A stretch of 64,000 bases of DNA from Dictyostelium discoideum (taxonomy: Eukaryota): NCBI GenBank assembly GCA_000004695.1, contig CM000154.2:1696001-1760000 (forward strand), in the 5' to 3' direction. Positions 25,620 through 36,417 of this stretch are shown here, one piece after another; the first letter of the stretch is position 1; every line of letters starts with the position of its first letter. Made by a program: the position numbers and the translations under genes. The notes below the pieces were generated by a model that was not told the origin of the DNA, did not search any database, and saw only the letters and a program-made list of their open reading frames with translations.

Positions 25620-26333
25620 TTAAATATATATTAATGTAACTTTTATTTGGTTTTTAGATATGTCGGTGAGTGAATTAAAGTATCGTTCAAAGTGTGTATC
25701 TTTATGCATACATAGTTTTACTTGAAATTTTATTTGATTTTTTTTTGATTTTCTTTTAATTAACAACCAAATTGAATTAAAAAAGTATTTTAATTTTGAT
25801 TGTCTATCATAATCTGAATCTTTTGCTTGAAACAAAAAAGAAAGTTTGATTTCTTCAATTGCGGTGTAGAAATCAAATATTATATAAAAACGATAACGAT
25901 TAGAAGAACTATTAGGCAATATGTTTTCTATATTGGTATACTTTAAAGATGGTAATGTTGGTAATAATAATTGAGAAATGATTATTGGAGTTATATGTTT
26001 TTTATCAAAATCATCGCATTTTGTAAAATCAATAGTGAAAATATCAACTACTGAAAAAAATTCATACTTGGTTGAATTGTACTTAACTTGTTTTATTGTT
26101 TCATAATGGAAAACCTTGGGTGGTTTATAATCAAAACTTCTTTTACCATTTTGGTCCAAAATCGGTACAAATAATGGAAATGTTTTATCTTCTAATTTCT
26201 TTGATAAAACTTTGAAAAATTGTTTTGAAACTAATGATAGATTATATATTTCTTTGTTTTTTATTTTAGTTTCATATTTTATTTTCTTATAATCTTCATT
26301 TAAATCTTCATATGATTCATCTGGTTTTGACAT
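25620..26333 (-). CDS. Hypothetical protein with an F-box-like N-terminus
   Basis: A 237-aa ORF beginning MSKPDESYEDLNEDYKKIKYETKIKNKEIYNLSLVSKQFFKVLSKKLEDKTFPLFVPIL (LxxxxVSKQFxxVL resembles the F-box core). No introns are evident. Confidence 0.45.
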   Translation of the reverse strand: MSKPDESYEDLNEDYKKIKYETKIKNKEIYNLSLVSKQFFKVLSKKLEDKTFPLFVPILDQNGKRSFDYKPPKVFHYETIKQVKYNSTKYEFFSVVDIFTIDFTKCDDFDKKHITPIIISQLLLPTLPSLKYTNIENILPNSSSNRYRFYIIFDFYTAIEEIKLSFLFQAKDSDYDRQSKLKYFFNSIWLLIKRKSKKNQIKFQVKLCMHKDTHFERYFNSLTDISKNQIKVTLIYI

Positions 26334-26717
26334 GAGACATAGATCGATTTAGATTTTTTTTATATTTTTTAAAATATTATATGAAATTTCAAAAAAGGAA
26401 AAATATTTTTTTTGTTTTTTTTTTTTCCTTTTTTTTTTTCCTTTTTTTTTTTTATAATTGAGGTGATCGCAAAAATTTTTTTTTTTAGTATTATTTTTTT
26501 ATTTTTTTTTGAAATTTTTATTTGTTTTTATTTTATTATTATTTTTTTTTTTTTTAAAAAATTATTGTTATAAAAAAAACTATTACTTTGATCGTTACCA
26601 CTATGGTATTAATCAGTGAACAGAAATTTAAAGAATTTGGTAGTGGCATTTTTGACTTCCTCTATAATAATTTTATACCAAAAAAAAAAAAAATAATATT
26701 AGTTTGGTTTATTTTTA

Positions 26718-26920
<203 letters not shown>

Positions 26921-26925
26921 GTTTT

Positions 26926-27212
26926 TTATATAAAATAATTACCATTAATTTCTAAAATACTTGAATTTTTATTATCAAACATTATATAGAATTCTCTAAA
27001 ATCTATTTTCTTTGCAACTATCCATCTATCTTGCTGAGTTTTAACGATGATTTCAGATGATAAACCACCCTCAAAATCTGCATGAATTTCATTTAATAAT
27101 TTCATTGTTTCTTTATTTAATTCTGGTCCTTTTGGTTTAATTGGTGATCTTATTGCTAAATTCATTTGATTAAAATAAATATATTTATATTGTTCATCAA
27201 AACTATAATAAT

Positions 27213-27249
<37 letters not shown>

Positions 27250-27568
27250 TTAATAAATTAATTATTATTATTATTAGTATTTCCTATCTTACTTTGCTTT
27301 TTTTGCATAATGTTGTTCTAAAGTTAGATTTACAAATTCGAAATTTTGAACCAATGAAGCTGATAAATCTTCAAATGGTAATTGAGGTAAATCAGATGGA
27401 TCAATTAAGAATAATAAAAATGTATCCTTTTGTTCATATACAATCATTGCTTGTGGTTTACCACCTAACCATACCATTGGTAATGAATCTTTTTGTATCA
27501 TAAACCCTGTTCTTACACTATACAGTTTATTAATTATTTAATTATTAGTAGTAAATAATTAATATTTA

Positions 27569-27643
<75 letters not shown>

Positions 27644-28290
27644 AATATACCCTTTAGTTTGCCAAATTGGTATATTATTTGAATTATTTTTAACGATCAT
27701 TGAATTTGAAGAATTAATATCAGGACCAACTTTAACCATATTGATGAGATAGTTATAGAGTATTCTAGTTTCATTTTGTTCTAAAGATGATAGAATTAAA
27801 TTATCTTTATACAAGACTAACCCAAAACGAAATGAAGATAGAGTCGATTGAAAATGTAAATCCACAGAATTGATATAACCAAATATTGTTAAATAAACAT
27901 TCTTATTTAATGGTAAGAATTTAATACCATCTAATGAAGTGAATAAATCTAATTGATCGAATTGAATTTGTTGTATGTATGGTTTAACGAATGATTCTAA
28001 TCGTTTTCTAACATTGTCATAAGATGTTTTCGATGCTAATGACATGATACTACCATTGAATGTTTGCCAAGTCTGATAGATTTGTTGTATAGTTTTCATC
28101 AATATTATATCATCAACCTCATCCTCTATATACTCTCTCTTATTATCTTTACCTGTTATACCTGTTGGATTATAAACTGATAATACCATCCATATATCCT
28201 CCTCTGGATGTAATAATGCTAATGTACTCTTCTTTGTATGTATAAATTCACATGGTTGACCTGGTGAAAATTGTCTTTATTATCATTGTA

Positions 28291-28348
<58 letters not shown>

Positions 28349-28610
28349 GTTATTGTTATTATTGTTAATATATTCATTATTTATATATTATTATTTTTAT
28401 ATTTTATTAAAAATGAAATGAAATGAAAATTTACTTTGTAAATAAAACATATGCTTCGGAAATACCAACTGAATTAGTTTGTTCACCAATATTAATTGTT
28501 GGTGGATAGAAAAATAATATCTTTTCATGTTCTGTACCCTCTTTTTGACCCAATTTGGAACAATATATAACAAAATAATGTAATGAGGTTTCAACTATTG
28601 GCACTGACAT
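26926..28610 (-). CDS. ccz1: CCZ1 homolog (vacuolar fusion / Mon1-Ccz1 Rab7 GEF subunit), 4 exons, 433 aa
   Basis: Exons (minus strand): 28435..28610 (MSVPIVETSLHYFVIYCSKLGQKEGTEHEKILFFYPPTINIGEQTNSVGISEAYVLFTK), 27651..28274, 27293..27517 and 26926..27202. Donors are GTAAAT, GTATAT and GTAAGA, the acceptors are AG, and the phases are consistent (1302 nt). The conserved blocks match my recollection of human CCZ1: EHEKILFFYP (human ENKILFYHP), DIWMVLSVYNP (NFWMVMVVRNP), LDLFTSLDGIKFLPLNKNVYLTI, LILSSLEQNETRILYNYL (LIWSGLEQDDMRILYKYL), and the C-terminal EIIVKTQQDRWIVAKKIDFREFYIMFDNKN. Confidence 0.85.
27570..27642. repeat. (ATT)n microsatellite inside CCZ1 intron 2
   Basis: About 24 perfect units. 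Confidence 0.9.
28292..28372. repeat. (ATT)n / (GTT) microsatellite inside CCZ1 intron 1
   Basis: tattattatt... ending in tattgttattgttatt. Confidence 0.9.
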
Positions 28611-29816
28611 TCTTTATTTATTTATTTATTTATTTATTTTATTTTATTTATTTATTTATTTTTTTATATTGATCGTTTGAAAAAAAAAAAGAAAAAAGAA
28701 AGTGTAGTGTTGGTAGAGTGTAAATGTTCGTTATTGAGATTGAAGGTGTTTAAAAAGTCTATTTTACATGTATTGCACTATTATCTTTTTTTTTAATTTT
28801 TTTTTTTTTTTTTTTTAAGCGAAAAAATAAAATAAAATTAAAAAAAAAATTTGAAAAATAAAATAAATTTTTTTTTTTAATTTTTTACCTCTCCCACTTT
28901 CAATAAATATCTTTTTTTTTTTTTTTTACTATTTCAGCTGGTTGATATTTTGAATTTTTTTTTTCTTTTTTTAGATAATTTGATGTTTATTAATAGTAAA
29001 AACAAATAGTTTTAAAATTAAACAAAAATAATAAAATAAAATAGTATTATAAGGTTTATATTATTTGAGAAATAAAAAAATATTATCTTTTTTTTTTAAT
29101 TTTTTTTTTTTTTTTTTTTTAATTTTAAATGCTGAGTTTCAGTCATACAAAAAAAAAAAAAAAATAAATAAAATTAAAATATGATAATTTTAATTTTTTT
29201 TTGTTTTAATTTTTGATATAGATATTGATTATTTTAGTGTGTTATTTATTATTTTATGATAGAGGTGGAAATTTTCAAGTTGGTAAATAAAAAAAAAAAA
29301 AAAAAAATAAGAAAAAATAATTACCTTTTCAAGAATTTAATTCCAACCCCAAAGAAATCGAAATTAAATAATATTAATCAAAAAATAAAAATTAAAAAAT
29401 GAGGTTTAACATCTTTATTAATTAATTTAATTTTATAATACATGAAATACATTTTTAATTTGATACTTTTGTTTCAAAATTTAAAATATTATTTACATTT
29501 TTAATTTTTTTTTACAAAACAAAAATATGAATTTTCTTGGTTTTAATAACACAAAATAAAATAATTTTTTTTTTTTTTAATTTTTTTTTTTCTATCTCTA
29601 CGAATAACCTTTAAATTGTTATAAATGGGGAAAACCTAAAAAAAAAAAAAAAAAAAAAAATTCTCTGAAAATGAAAATTGCCAAGATAATTGTGACCACT
29701 ACCAAACTGCACTCTGGGTCCCATTTATGTTTTTTGGGATAGGGTTTAAAAAAAATAAAAAAAACCTAAAAAAATATCTCCTAATAATTATAACATCATT
29801 GATTAATTAAAAAATT

Positions 29817-29854
<38 letters not shown>

Positions 29855-29981
29855 TTTTATTAATATCAGATTTATTTAACACAACTTCATTTAAAAATAA
29901 AAGCTTTTTTAAAATATTAAGTTATATCTTTTTTAAAAAAAAAAAAAAATAACTTAAATTGGAGACTCTTTTATACTGAAA

Positions 29982-30170
29982 ATGATTTCCCAAGTTCTTA
30001 AATTTAAGGGTATCGTTTATAAAGTGCAGATTTCAGAGTTAAGAATCAAGATTAGTAGAGATCTATTGATGGAATTAATTTTTGAAAAACTAATGGAAAA
30101 TGCAAAATTAAATAAAGAATTAGAACTTTTAAAAAATGAAATTCATGAAATCAAAAATTCACTAAAATAA
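29982..30170 (+). CDS. Small hypothetical coiled-coil ORF (62 aa) lying between two copies of an ~85-bp direct repeat
   Basis: MISQVLKFKGIVYKVQISELRIKISRDLLMELIFEKLMENAKLNKELELLKNEIHEIKNSLK*. It is supported only by the ORF and its non-homopolymeric composition. Confidence 0.25.
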   Translation: MISQVLKFKGIVYKVQISELRIKISRDLLMELIFEKLMENAKLNKELELLKNEIHEIKNSLK

Positions 30171-30309
30171 AATAAAACAAAAAAAAAAAAGCAATAAAAT
30201 TTAAAAAATTATTAATATTAATTTTATATAGTATTTTTAAAAATATTCAATTATTTAATCCACTTATTTTTGAAAAATTTATTTTGGGAAAGTTTTGAAT
30301 TAATTAGAT

Positions 30310-30381
<72 letters not shown>

Positions 30382-30760
30382 TAATTTTTTTTTTTTTTTA
30401 ATATGTATTAAAATTCTTTGAAAATTGCCAAGATAATTATGACCAAACTGCACTATAGACCTTTTTTGTTTTTTTAGAATAAGGTTTAAAAAAAAATTAA
30501 AAAAAAATAATAAAAAATAAAAAAAAAAAAAAATAAAAAATGAGATTTTTTTTTTTTTTTTTTTTTTGGGGAATGTTGACAAAATAATTACTTAATTCAA
30601 CACCTATGAAATATGTGTTCCTTAAAAAGTTTAACGAAACCATAACGATCTCATAAGCTAATTCTCTTTTTGTTCAAAAAGAAGGGAAAGTTTGATATCA
30701 TTTCTTTGTTTTTTTTTTTTTTTTGCTATGAATTAACAAAGATTCGGTTGTAGCCAATAC

Positions 30761-30798
<38 letters not shown>

Positions 30799-30933
30799 CG
30801 TCTAAAACAAATATGTATAAATAGAATTAATATTTTTTTTTATTTTCATTATCAAATACAAAAGCAAAAACAAAAATAAAAATAAATATAATTTTCATAT
30901 TATAAATAAAAAAAATAAAATAAAAAATAAAAA

Positions 30934-31065
30934 ATGGAACCAATTTTAAATTCAAATGAAGGTAAACAAGTTTGGTATATTACAGGTAAGTGTTAAATCT
31001 TTTTATTTTAATCATAATTTTTTTTTTTTTTTTATTTTCTTTTTTACTTATTGATTCCAAATCTT

Positions 31066-31103
<38 letters not shown>

Positions 31104-32028
31104 GTATTGATTAAATAAATCAAAGGTTGTACAAGTGGAACTGGTTTATCTTTAGCCAAAAAATTGTTATCATTAGGACATAGTGTTGCTGGTACTACAA
31201 GAGATATTAATAAATTAAAACAATTGAGTATTTTTAATGATAAATCATTTTTGGGATTACAAGTTGATATTGTTTCCAGTAAATCAGTTAGAGAATCAAT
31301 TGAAAAAACTATTGAGCATTTTGGTGAATTAACCCATGTAATCAATAATGCAGGATATGGAATTGTAGGCTCCGTTGAAGAAGTATCAGAAGAAGAAGAC
31401 AAGAAATTAATGGATGCCCTTTACTTTGGTAGGTTTCAAAAAAAAAAATCCATTGTCAAAAAAAAAAAAAAAAAAAAAAAAAAGTATTAATTTTTTAATT
31501 TTTTATATTAATATATATATAGGTCCTTTAAATGTTATTCGTTCAGTTTTACCTTATTTCAGATCAAGAAACAATGGTTACATTTTTAATGTAAGTTCAA
31601 TTGCTGGTATTAAAGGCTATCCAAGATTTGGTAATTATAGTGGTGCTAAATTCGCATTGGTTGGTTTAACTGAATCATTAGCACAAGATGTTTTACCATT
31701 TAATATTAAAGTTTCATGTATTGTACTTGGTTATATTGCTACCGGTTTCCAAAGTGCAAATGATTATTGTAAAAATTTAATTCCAGAATATCAAAGTCGT
31801 CAAATATTTGGTTCAATAATGAAACATATTGAAGAAACTGTAACTGCTGGTGACCCTGATAAAGTTGCTGATGTTATCATTGAAAACTCTACCAAATCTG
31901 AATTACCATATAATCTTTTCGTTGGTCCACTAAGTACTTTTGAAATGGCTGAATCTAAAGTCAATGAAATTACTCAACAAATTCAATCTCAAAGAGAAAG
32001 AAATTCAAATATTTTAATTGAAAAATAA
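30934..32028 (+). CDS. Short-chain dehydrogenase/reductase (SDR) family oxidoreductase, 3 exons, 286 aa
   Basis: Exon 1, 30934..30985 (MEPILNSNEGKQVWYITG, donor GTAAGT). Exon 2, 31126..31428. Exon 3, 31523..32028. The Rossmann motif ITGCTSGTGLSLA (TGxxxGxG), NNAG and the catalytic YSGAK (YxxxK) are all present. The phases are consistent (861 nt). Confidence 0.85.
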
Positions 32029-32285
32029 ACTATTATTATTATCCATTATAAACTTTTTTTTTTTTTATTTTTATTTTTTTATATTCGGAATTTGATTAAT
32101 TAATTAAATGGTTGGAAATTATTATTGTAATATTAAGAAGAGATTTTAAAAAATATTAAAAATAAAAAATAATATATATTTTTTTTAAAAAAGGTTTTTA
32201 TTTATTTATTTATATAAAAATAGTTTTTTTTTTTTTTGTTATTTTTTTTTTTATTTTTTTTTTTGTTGTTTTTTTTTTTTTTTGT

Positions 32286-34370
32286 TTAGATAATATATTT
32301 TGATAAATCAGTTTTGAATAATAATTCACTTAAATGTTTTCTAATGTCGGGAGTATCTAAAACAACTGTTTTACCTTTATGAATATCACAATTAAAACTT
32401 ATATCCTCTACGATACGTTCAATGATACCATGTAATCTTCTAGCGCCAAGATTTTGAACTTGAGCATTTGCTTCAAAAGCGATTTTTGCAACTTCTAACA
32501 ATGCATCATCAGTGAATTCCAATTGAATATCTTCAGTTTTAAGTAATGCTTTTTGTTGTTGAATTTGATTATTCTTTGGTTCAGTTAAGATCTTATAGAA
32601 ATCCTTTTGTTCCAATGGTTTAAGTTCAACACGAATTGGTAAACGACCTTGTAATTCACTAATGAGATCTGATGGTTTAGTATTATGGAAAGCACCTGAA
32701 GCAATGAATAAGATTCTACTGGTATCTATTTGACCATACTTTGTGCTAACCATACAACCTTCAACGATTGGAAGAAGATCTCTTTGAACGCCATCGGTTG
32801 AAGCGTCACCACCATTCTTTATACTTTCACGAGATGTACAAATCTTATCGATTTCATCCAAAAATACAATACCATTTTGTTCGGCCGATTGAATTGCCAA
32901 TTTGGTTACATCTTGAGAGACAGTGTAGAGGTCTCTATATTGTTTTTCAAAGATTTCTTTTGCCTCTGCAATGGTTACTTTTTTAATTTTTGATGGTTGT
33001 TTATCGATAGCAGAGAGTAGTTTAGCGATATTTTCATCATAAGCTTGACCCAAGGATCCCTTTGAATCGGATGATACTTCAATTTCAATCTCTACGGAAT
33101 CCAATTGACCTTCTCTATATTTCTTTAATAATTCTTCGATTGTGATTGCACTTAGATCATTTTGTAAACCAATTAAAGAGGAGATAACATTCTTTTCAAC
33201 ATCGGCTTCAATCGATGCTTTATGTGAGTTTGCAATCTTGGTTTTAATATTACTAATACTTGCTTCGATGAGATCACGAATGATTGTATCAACGTCTGGA
33301 CCATGAAAACCAACCTCTGTATATTTGGTTGCTTCAACCTTTACAAAGGGCGCATTGATAATCTTTGCTAAACGACGTGCCAACTCTGTCTTACCAACAC
33401 CAGTTGGACCAATCATTAAGATATTCTTTGGATAAACATCTGGTTTCATTGATGCATCTAAACGCTTTCTTCTCCAACGATTACGTAACGCAATTGAAAT
33501 GGCTCTCTTTGCATCGGATTGACCAATTACATATTCATCCAAACCACTAACTATATCTCTTGGTAATAAATTATCTTCTCCAATCATATCCTCTGTGAAA
33601 TTATACTTTGGTGCTACATGTTGTTGATGCTGCTGTTGTTGTTTGGCGTGATCTTTATTAAGTTTATTAAAATGTGATACCAAATGATTAATCGCTTTAT
33701 CCATGCTACCTCCGTTTTTTGTATCTGATAATTTCAAAAGTTTGTTAAATAAAATTGGATCCTCTTTAAAAATCTTTTCTAAATTTTCTTCAAGAATAGA
33801 GAGATTATATTTACCTTTACTTTGCATTGGTATTATAACCAAACCATTTTTAATATCACTTAAATCTGAAAAATCAAATTTATTTGTAACTTTTGATAAT
33901 AATGGTGATGTTGTTGTTGTTTTAGTTGTCGCTGTTTCAGTTTCAATTGGTTTTGATTCGAGTGGTGGTGTTGTTGTTGTTTTAGTTGTTGCTGTTTCTG
34001 TTTCAATTGGTTTTGATTCGAGTGGTGATGTTGTTTCTTTTGATTGCGATGGTTTTTGTTTATTTTTTGAACCCTTTGGTCTACCTCTTTTAGGTTTTTC
34101 TGTTGTTATATCTATTTCATTTGTACCTTCTGAAGCCTTTGTTGCTACAGTTTCTTTTTCTAAATCTTTTTCAATTTTCTTATAAATATGATCTAATTTT
34201 AAAGGATTTGAATCATCATTTTCAATATCATCTTTATCTTTACCATTTGTAATTGAACAATATCCTCTATTAAATTTTAAAATTGATAATTGTGGTTGTT
34301 GTGTTTGTTGGGATAATCTAAAAGTTAAAGATGATTTTGCTAATTTAAATAGATTTTTTGAATGAATCAT
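32286..34370 (-). CDS. HslU (ClpY) AAA+ ATPase homolog, bacterial-type, predicted mitochondrial, with a ~250-aa N-terminal extension containing an AT-hook and a tandem repeat
   Basis: A 694-aa single-exon ORF. The Walker A motif is IGPTGVGKTELARRLAKIINAPFVKVEATKYTEVGF. Further HslU blocks are VQRDLLPIVEGCMVSTKYGQIDTSRILFIASGAFH, SDLISELQGRLPIRVEL and NLGARRLHGIIERIVEDISF. The N-terminus MIHSKNLFKLAKSSLTFRLS is presequence-like. The segment KPKRGRPKGSKNKQKP is an AT-hook. A 20-aa repeat, PLESKPIETETATTKTTTT, occurs twice and is encoded by a 60-bp tandem repeat at about 33880-34030. Confidence 0.9.
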   Translation of the reverse strand: MIHSKNLFKLAKSSLTFRLSQQTQQPQLSILKFNRGYCSITNGKDKDDIENDDSNPLKLDHIYKKIEKDLEKETVATKASEGTNEIDITTEKPKRGRPKGSKNKQKPSQSKETTSPLESKPIETETATTKTTTTPPLESKPIETETATTKTTTTSPLLSKVTNKFDFSDLSDIKNGLVIIPMQSKGKYNLSILEENLEKIFKEDPILFNKLLKLSDTKNGGSMDKAINHLVSHFNKLNKDHAKQQQQHQQHVAPKYNFTEDMIGEDNLLPRDIVSGLDEYVIGQSDAKRAISIALRNRWRRKRLDASMKPDVYPKNILMIGPTGVGKTELARRLAKIINAPFVKVEATKYTEVGFHGPDVDTIIRDLIEASISNIKTKIANSHKASIEADVEKNVISSLIGLQNDLSAITIEELLKKYREGQLDSVEIEIEVSSDSKGSLGQAYDENIAKLLSAIDKQPSKIKKVTIAEAKEIFEKQYRDLYTVSQDVTKLAIQSAEQNGIVFLDEIDKICTSRESIKNGGDASTDGVQRDLLPIVEGCMVSTKYGQIDTSRILFIASGAFHNTKPSDLISELQGRLPIRVELKPLEQKDFYKILTEPKNNQIQQQKALLKTEDIQLEFTDDALLEVAKIAFEANAQVQNLGARRLHGIIERIVEDISFNCDIHKGKTVVLDTPDIRKHLSELLFKTDLSKYII

Positions 34371-34560
34371 TTTTATCTATCTATATATATCCTCCCTTTA
34401 CCCAATAATAATATATATAAATATTTATATGAATAATTAAAAGTTTTTTTTTTAAAAAAAAAAAAAATAAAATAAAATAAAATAAAAAAAAAAAAATAAA
34501 AAAAAATAAAATATATTATTGAAAAAAAAAAAAAAAAAAAAAAAAAATTAAAAAAAAAAT

Positions 34561-34591
<31 letters not shown>

Positions 34592-34910
34592 AAAAAAAAT
34601 TAATTAAAATTAAATAAAATGGAAAAAAATCGTTTTTTATTTTATTCTTTTTCCCTTTATTATGCATTTTGGAACAACTTAAATTTATTTTTTTAAAAAA
34701 AAAAAAATAATAAAAATAAAAATGAATTTCGGTTAAATTTTAGTAAACACGTTTCGTTTAAAATATTAATTGTGAATATCGATTTATGTGGGCCATTCTT
34801 TTTTTTTTTTTAATTTTCATTTTCATTTTCATTTTTTTCATTTTTTTTTTTTTTTATTTTTTTTATTTTTTTTTATTTTTTTTTTAATCTAAACAAAATA
34901 AATAATAAAA

Positions 34911-35374
34911 ATGAATTTTTATAAATTATTATCAAACAATTGTGTTAGATCATTAACGAAATCAATTAATAATAAACCAATAATAAATCCAAAATTTATT
35001 ACAAGCAATACTTTTATTAAAAGATCATATTTTACAAAATCACCAAATAATTTATATTCAAATAACTATGATAATTATGAAACTATAAATAAACAACAAC
35101 AACATCAACATCAACATCAACAACTTGAATTTCCAGAACAAAGAAATAATAATAGTAATAATAAAAAAGAAGAAATTACAGCAGAATCATTTGAATCAAA
35201 ACCATTAATTGTTGAATTAGATAGTAAAAACTTTAGTGAAGTTATAAAATCAAAAGTACCAATAATTTTAAATGTATATGTTAATCATGGTACAGTGTCA
35301 CCTGCATTAACTGAAGCATTAAAAGCATATGCTCAAGAATATCCTGGTTGTTTTTTATTAGCAAATGTAAGTGT

Positions 35375-35406
<32 letters not shown>

Positions 35407-36232
35407 TATATAATATATATGTATTATATAAAATAATTTCTAATTTCTTTTTATAATATGATAGTTAGATGTTGATAAGAATTTAGAAATAGCAAACGCA
35501 TTGAAAGTTGAACAATTACCAACTTTATTTACATTAAATAAAGGTCAAGTGCTTCAACAATTTGTTGGATTGCCAGATCATGAAACATTGGATAAATTGG
35601 TTAATGGATTATTGAAATTATCAGGTGGATTAATTGGTAATAAATCAATTGAACAATTACAAACCATTGCTGAATTATTCATAAAATCAAATGAAATCGA
35701 AAAGGCTATTGAAATCTATGAGAATCTATTATCAAATGATACAACTCAATTACTTAGAACTCTACTAGGCTTCATTCAATGTTACACAAATTTGAATGAA
35801 CCTGATCAAGTTGAAAAATATTTATCAATTATTAAAGAGAAATTCCCAAATGAATTAGATCATAAAATTATTCAATCATCTAAAAGAATTTTACAATTAA
35901 AGAAACAAGTCTCTCAAACTGTTGATAGTCTATATAAAACTCATAATCTTACTTTAGAACAAATCGAAGATAAATTAAATAATGATCCAACAAATTTAGA
36001 TTTAAAATATGATTTATCCTTATTATATTATCAAATTGGTGAATATGAAAAATCAATTAATCAATTATTAGAGATTTTAAAAATTAATAAAAAATTTACA
36101 CCAAAAAATGATGATCAATCAAATACAGATTCTGCTAAAAATTTAATTGTTAAAATATTTGAATCTTTAGATTCACAAGATCCATTAGTTATAAAATCAA
36201 GAAAACAATTAAATAATATTTGGTTCTCTTAA
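34911..36232 (+). CDS. Thioredoxin-fold domain plus C-terminal TPR-like helical domain protein (YbbN/CnoX-like chaperedoxin architecture), 2 exons, 407 aa, with a presequence-like N-terminus
   Basis: Exon 1, 34911..35366 (donor GTAAGT). The intron carries (AT)n/(TA)n. Exon 2, 35465..36232. The thioredoxin-like segment is ...FSEVIKSKVPIILNVYVNHGTVSPALTEALKAYAQEYPGCFLLANVDVDKNLEIANALKVEQLPTLFTLNKGQVLQQFVG. The CxxC active site is replaced by HGTVS, with no redox cysteines. The C-terminal half has repeated helical hairpins (IEQLQTIAELFIKSNEIEKAIEIYENLL…YYQIGEYEKSINQLLEILKI). Confidence 0.7.
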
Positions 36233-36417
36233 TTCGAAAAAATAATAATAAAAAAAAAAAAACAAAAAAAAAATAGAATTTGAAATTAAATTTTCAAAAA
36301 TTTAATTTATATAAAATTAATTTGGTTAAATTATTATTTTTTATTTTAAATTTATGTTTGAAAAAAAAAAAAAAAAAAAAATAATAAAAAAAAAAAAAAA
36401 GATTATAACTTTTAAAT

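Noticed and set aside
32768-34185. Plus-strand ORFs 32768..32986, 33365..33550 and 33703..34185, antisense to HslU
   Set aside because: They are embedded in the strongly supported HslU exon. The 160-aa one merely mirrors the 60-bp tandem repeat (VVVVLVVAVSVSIGFDSSG x2).
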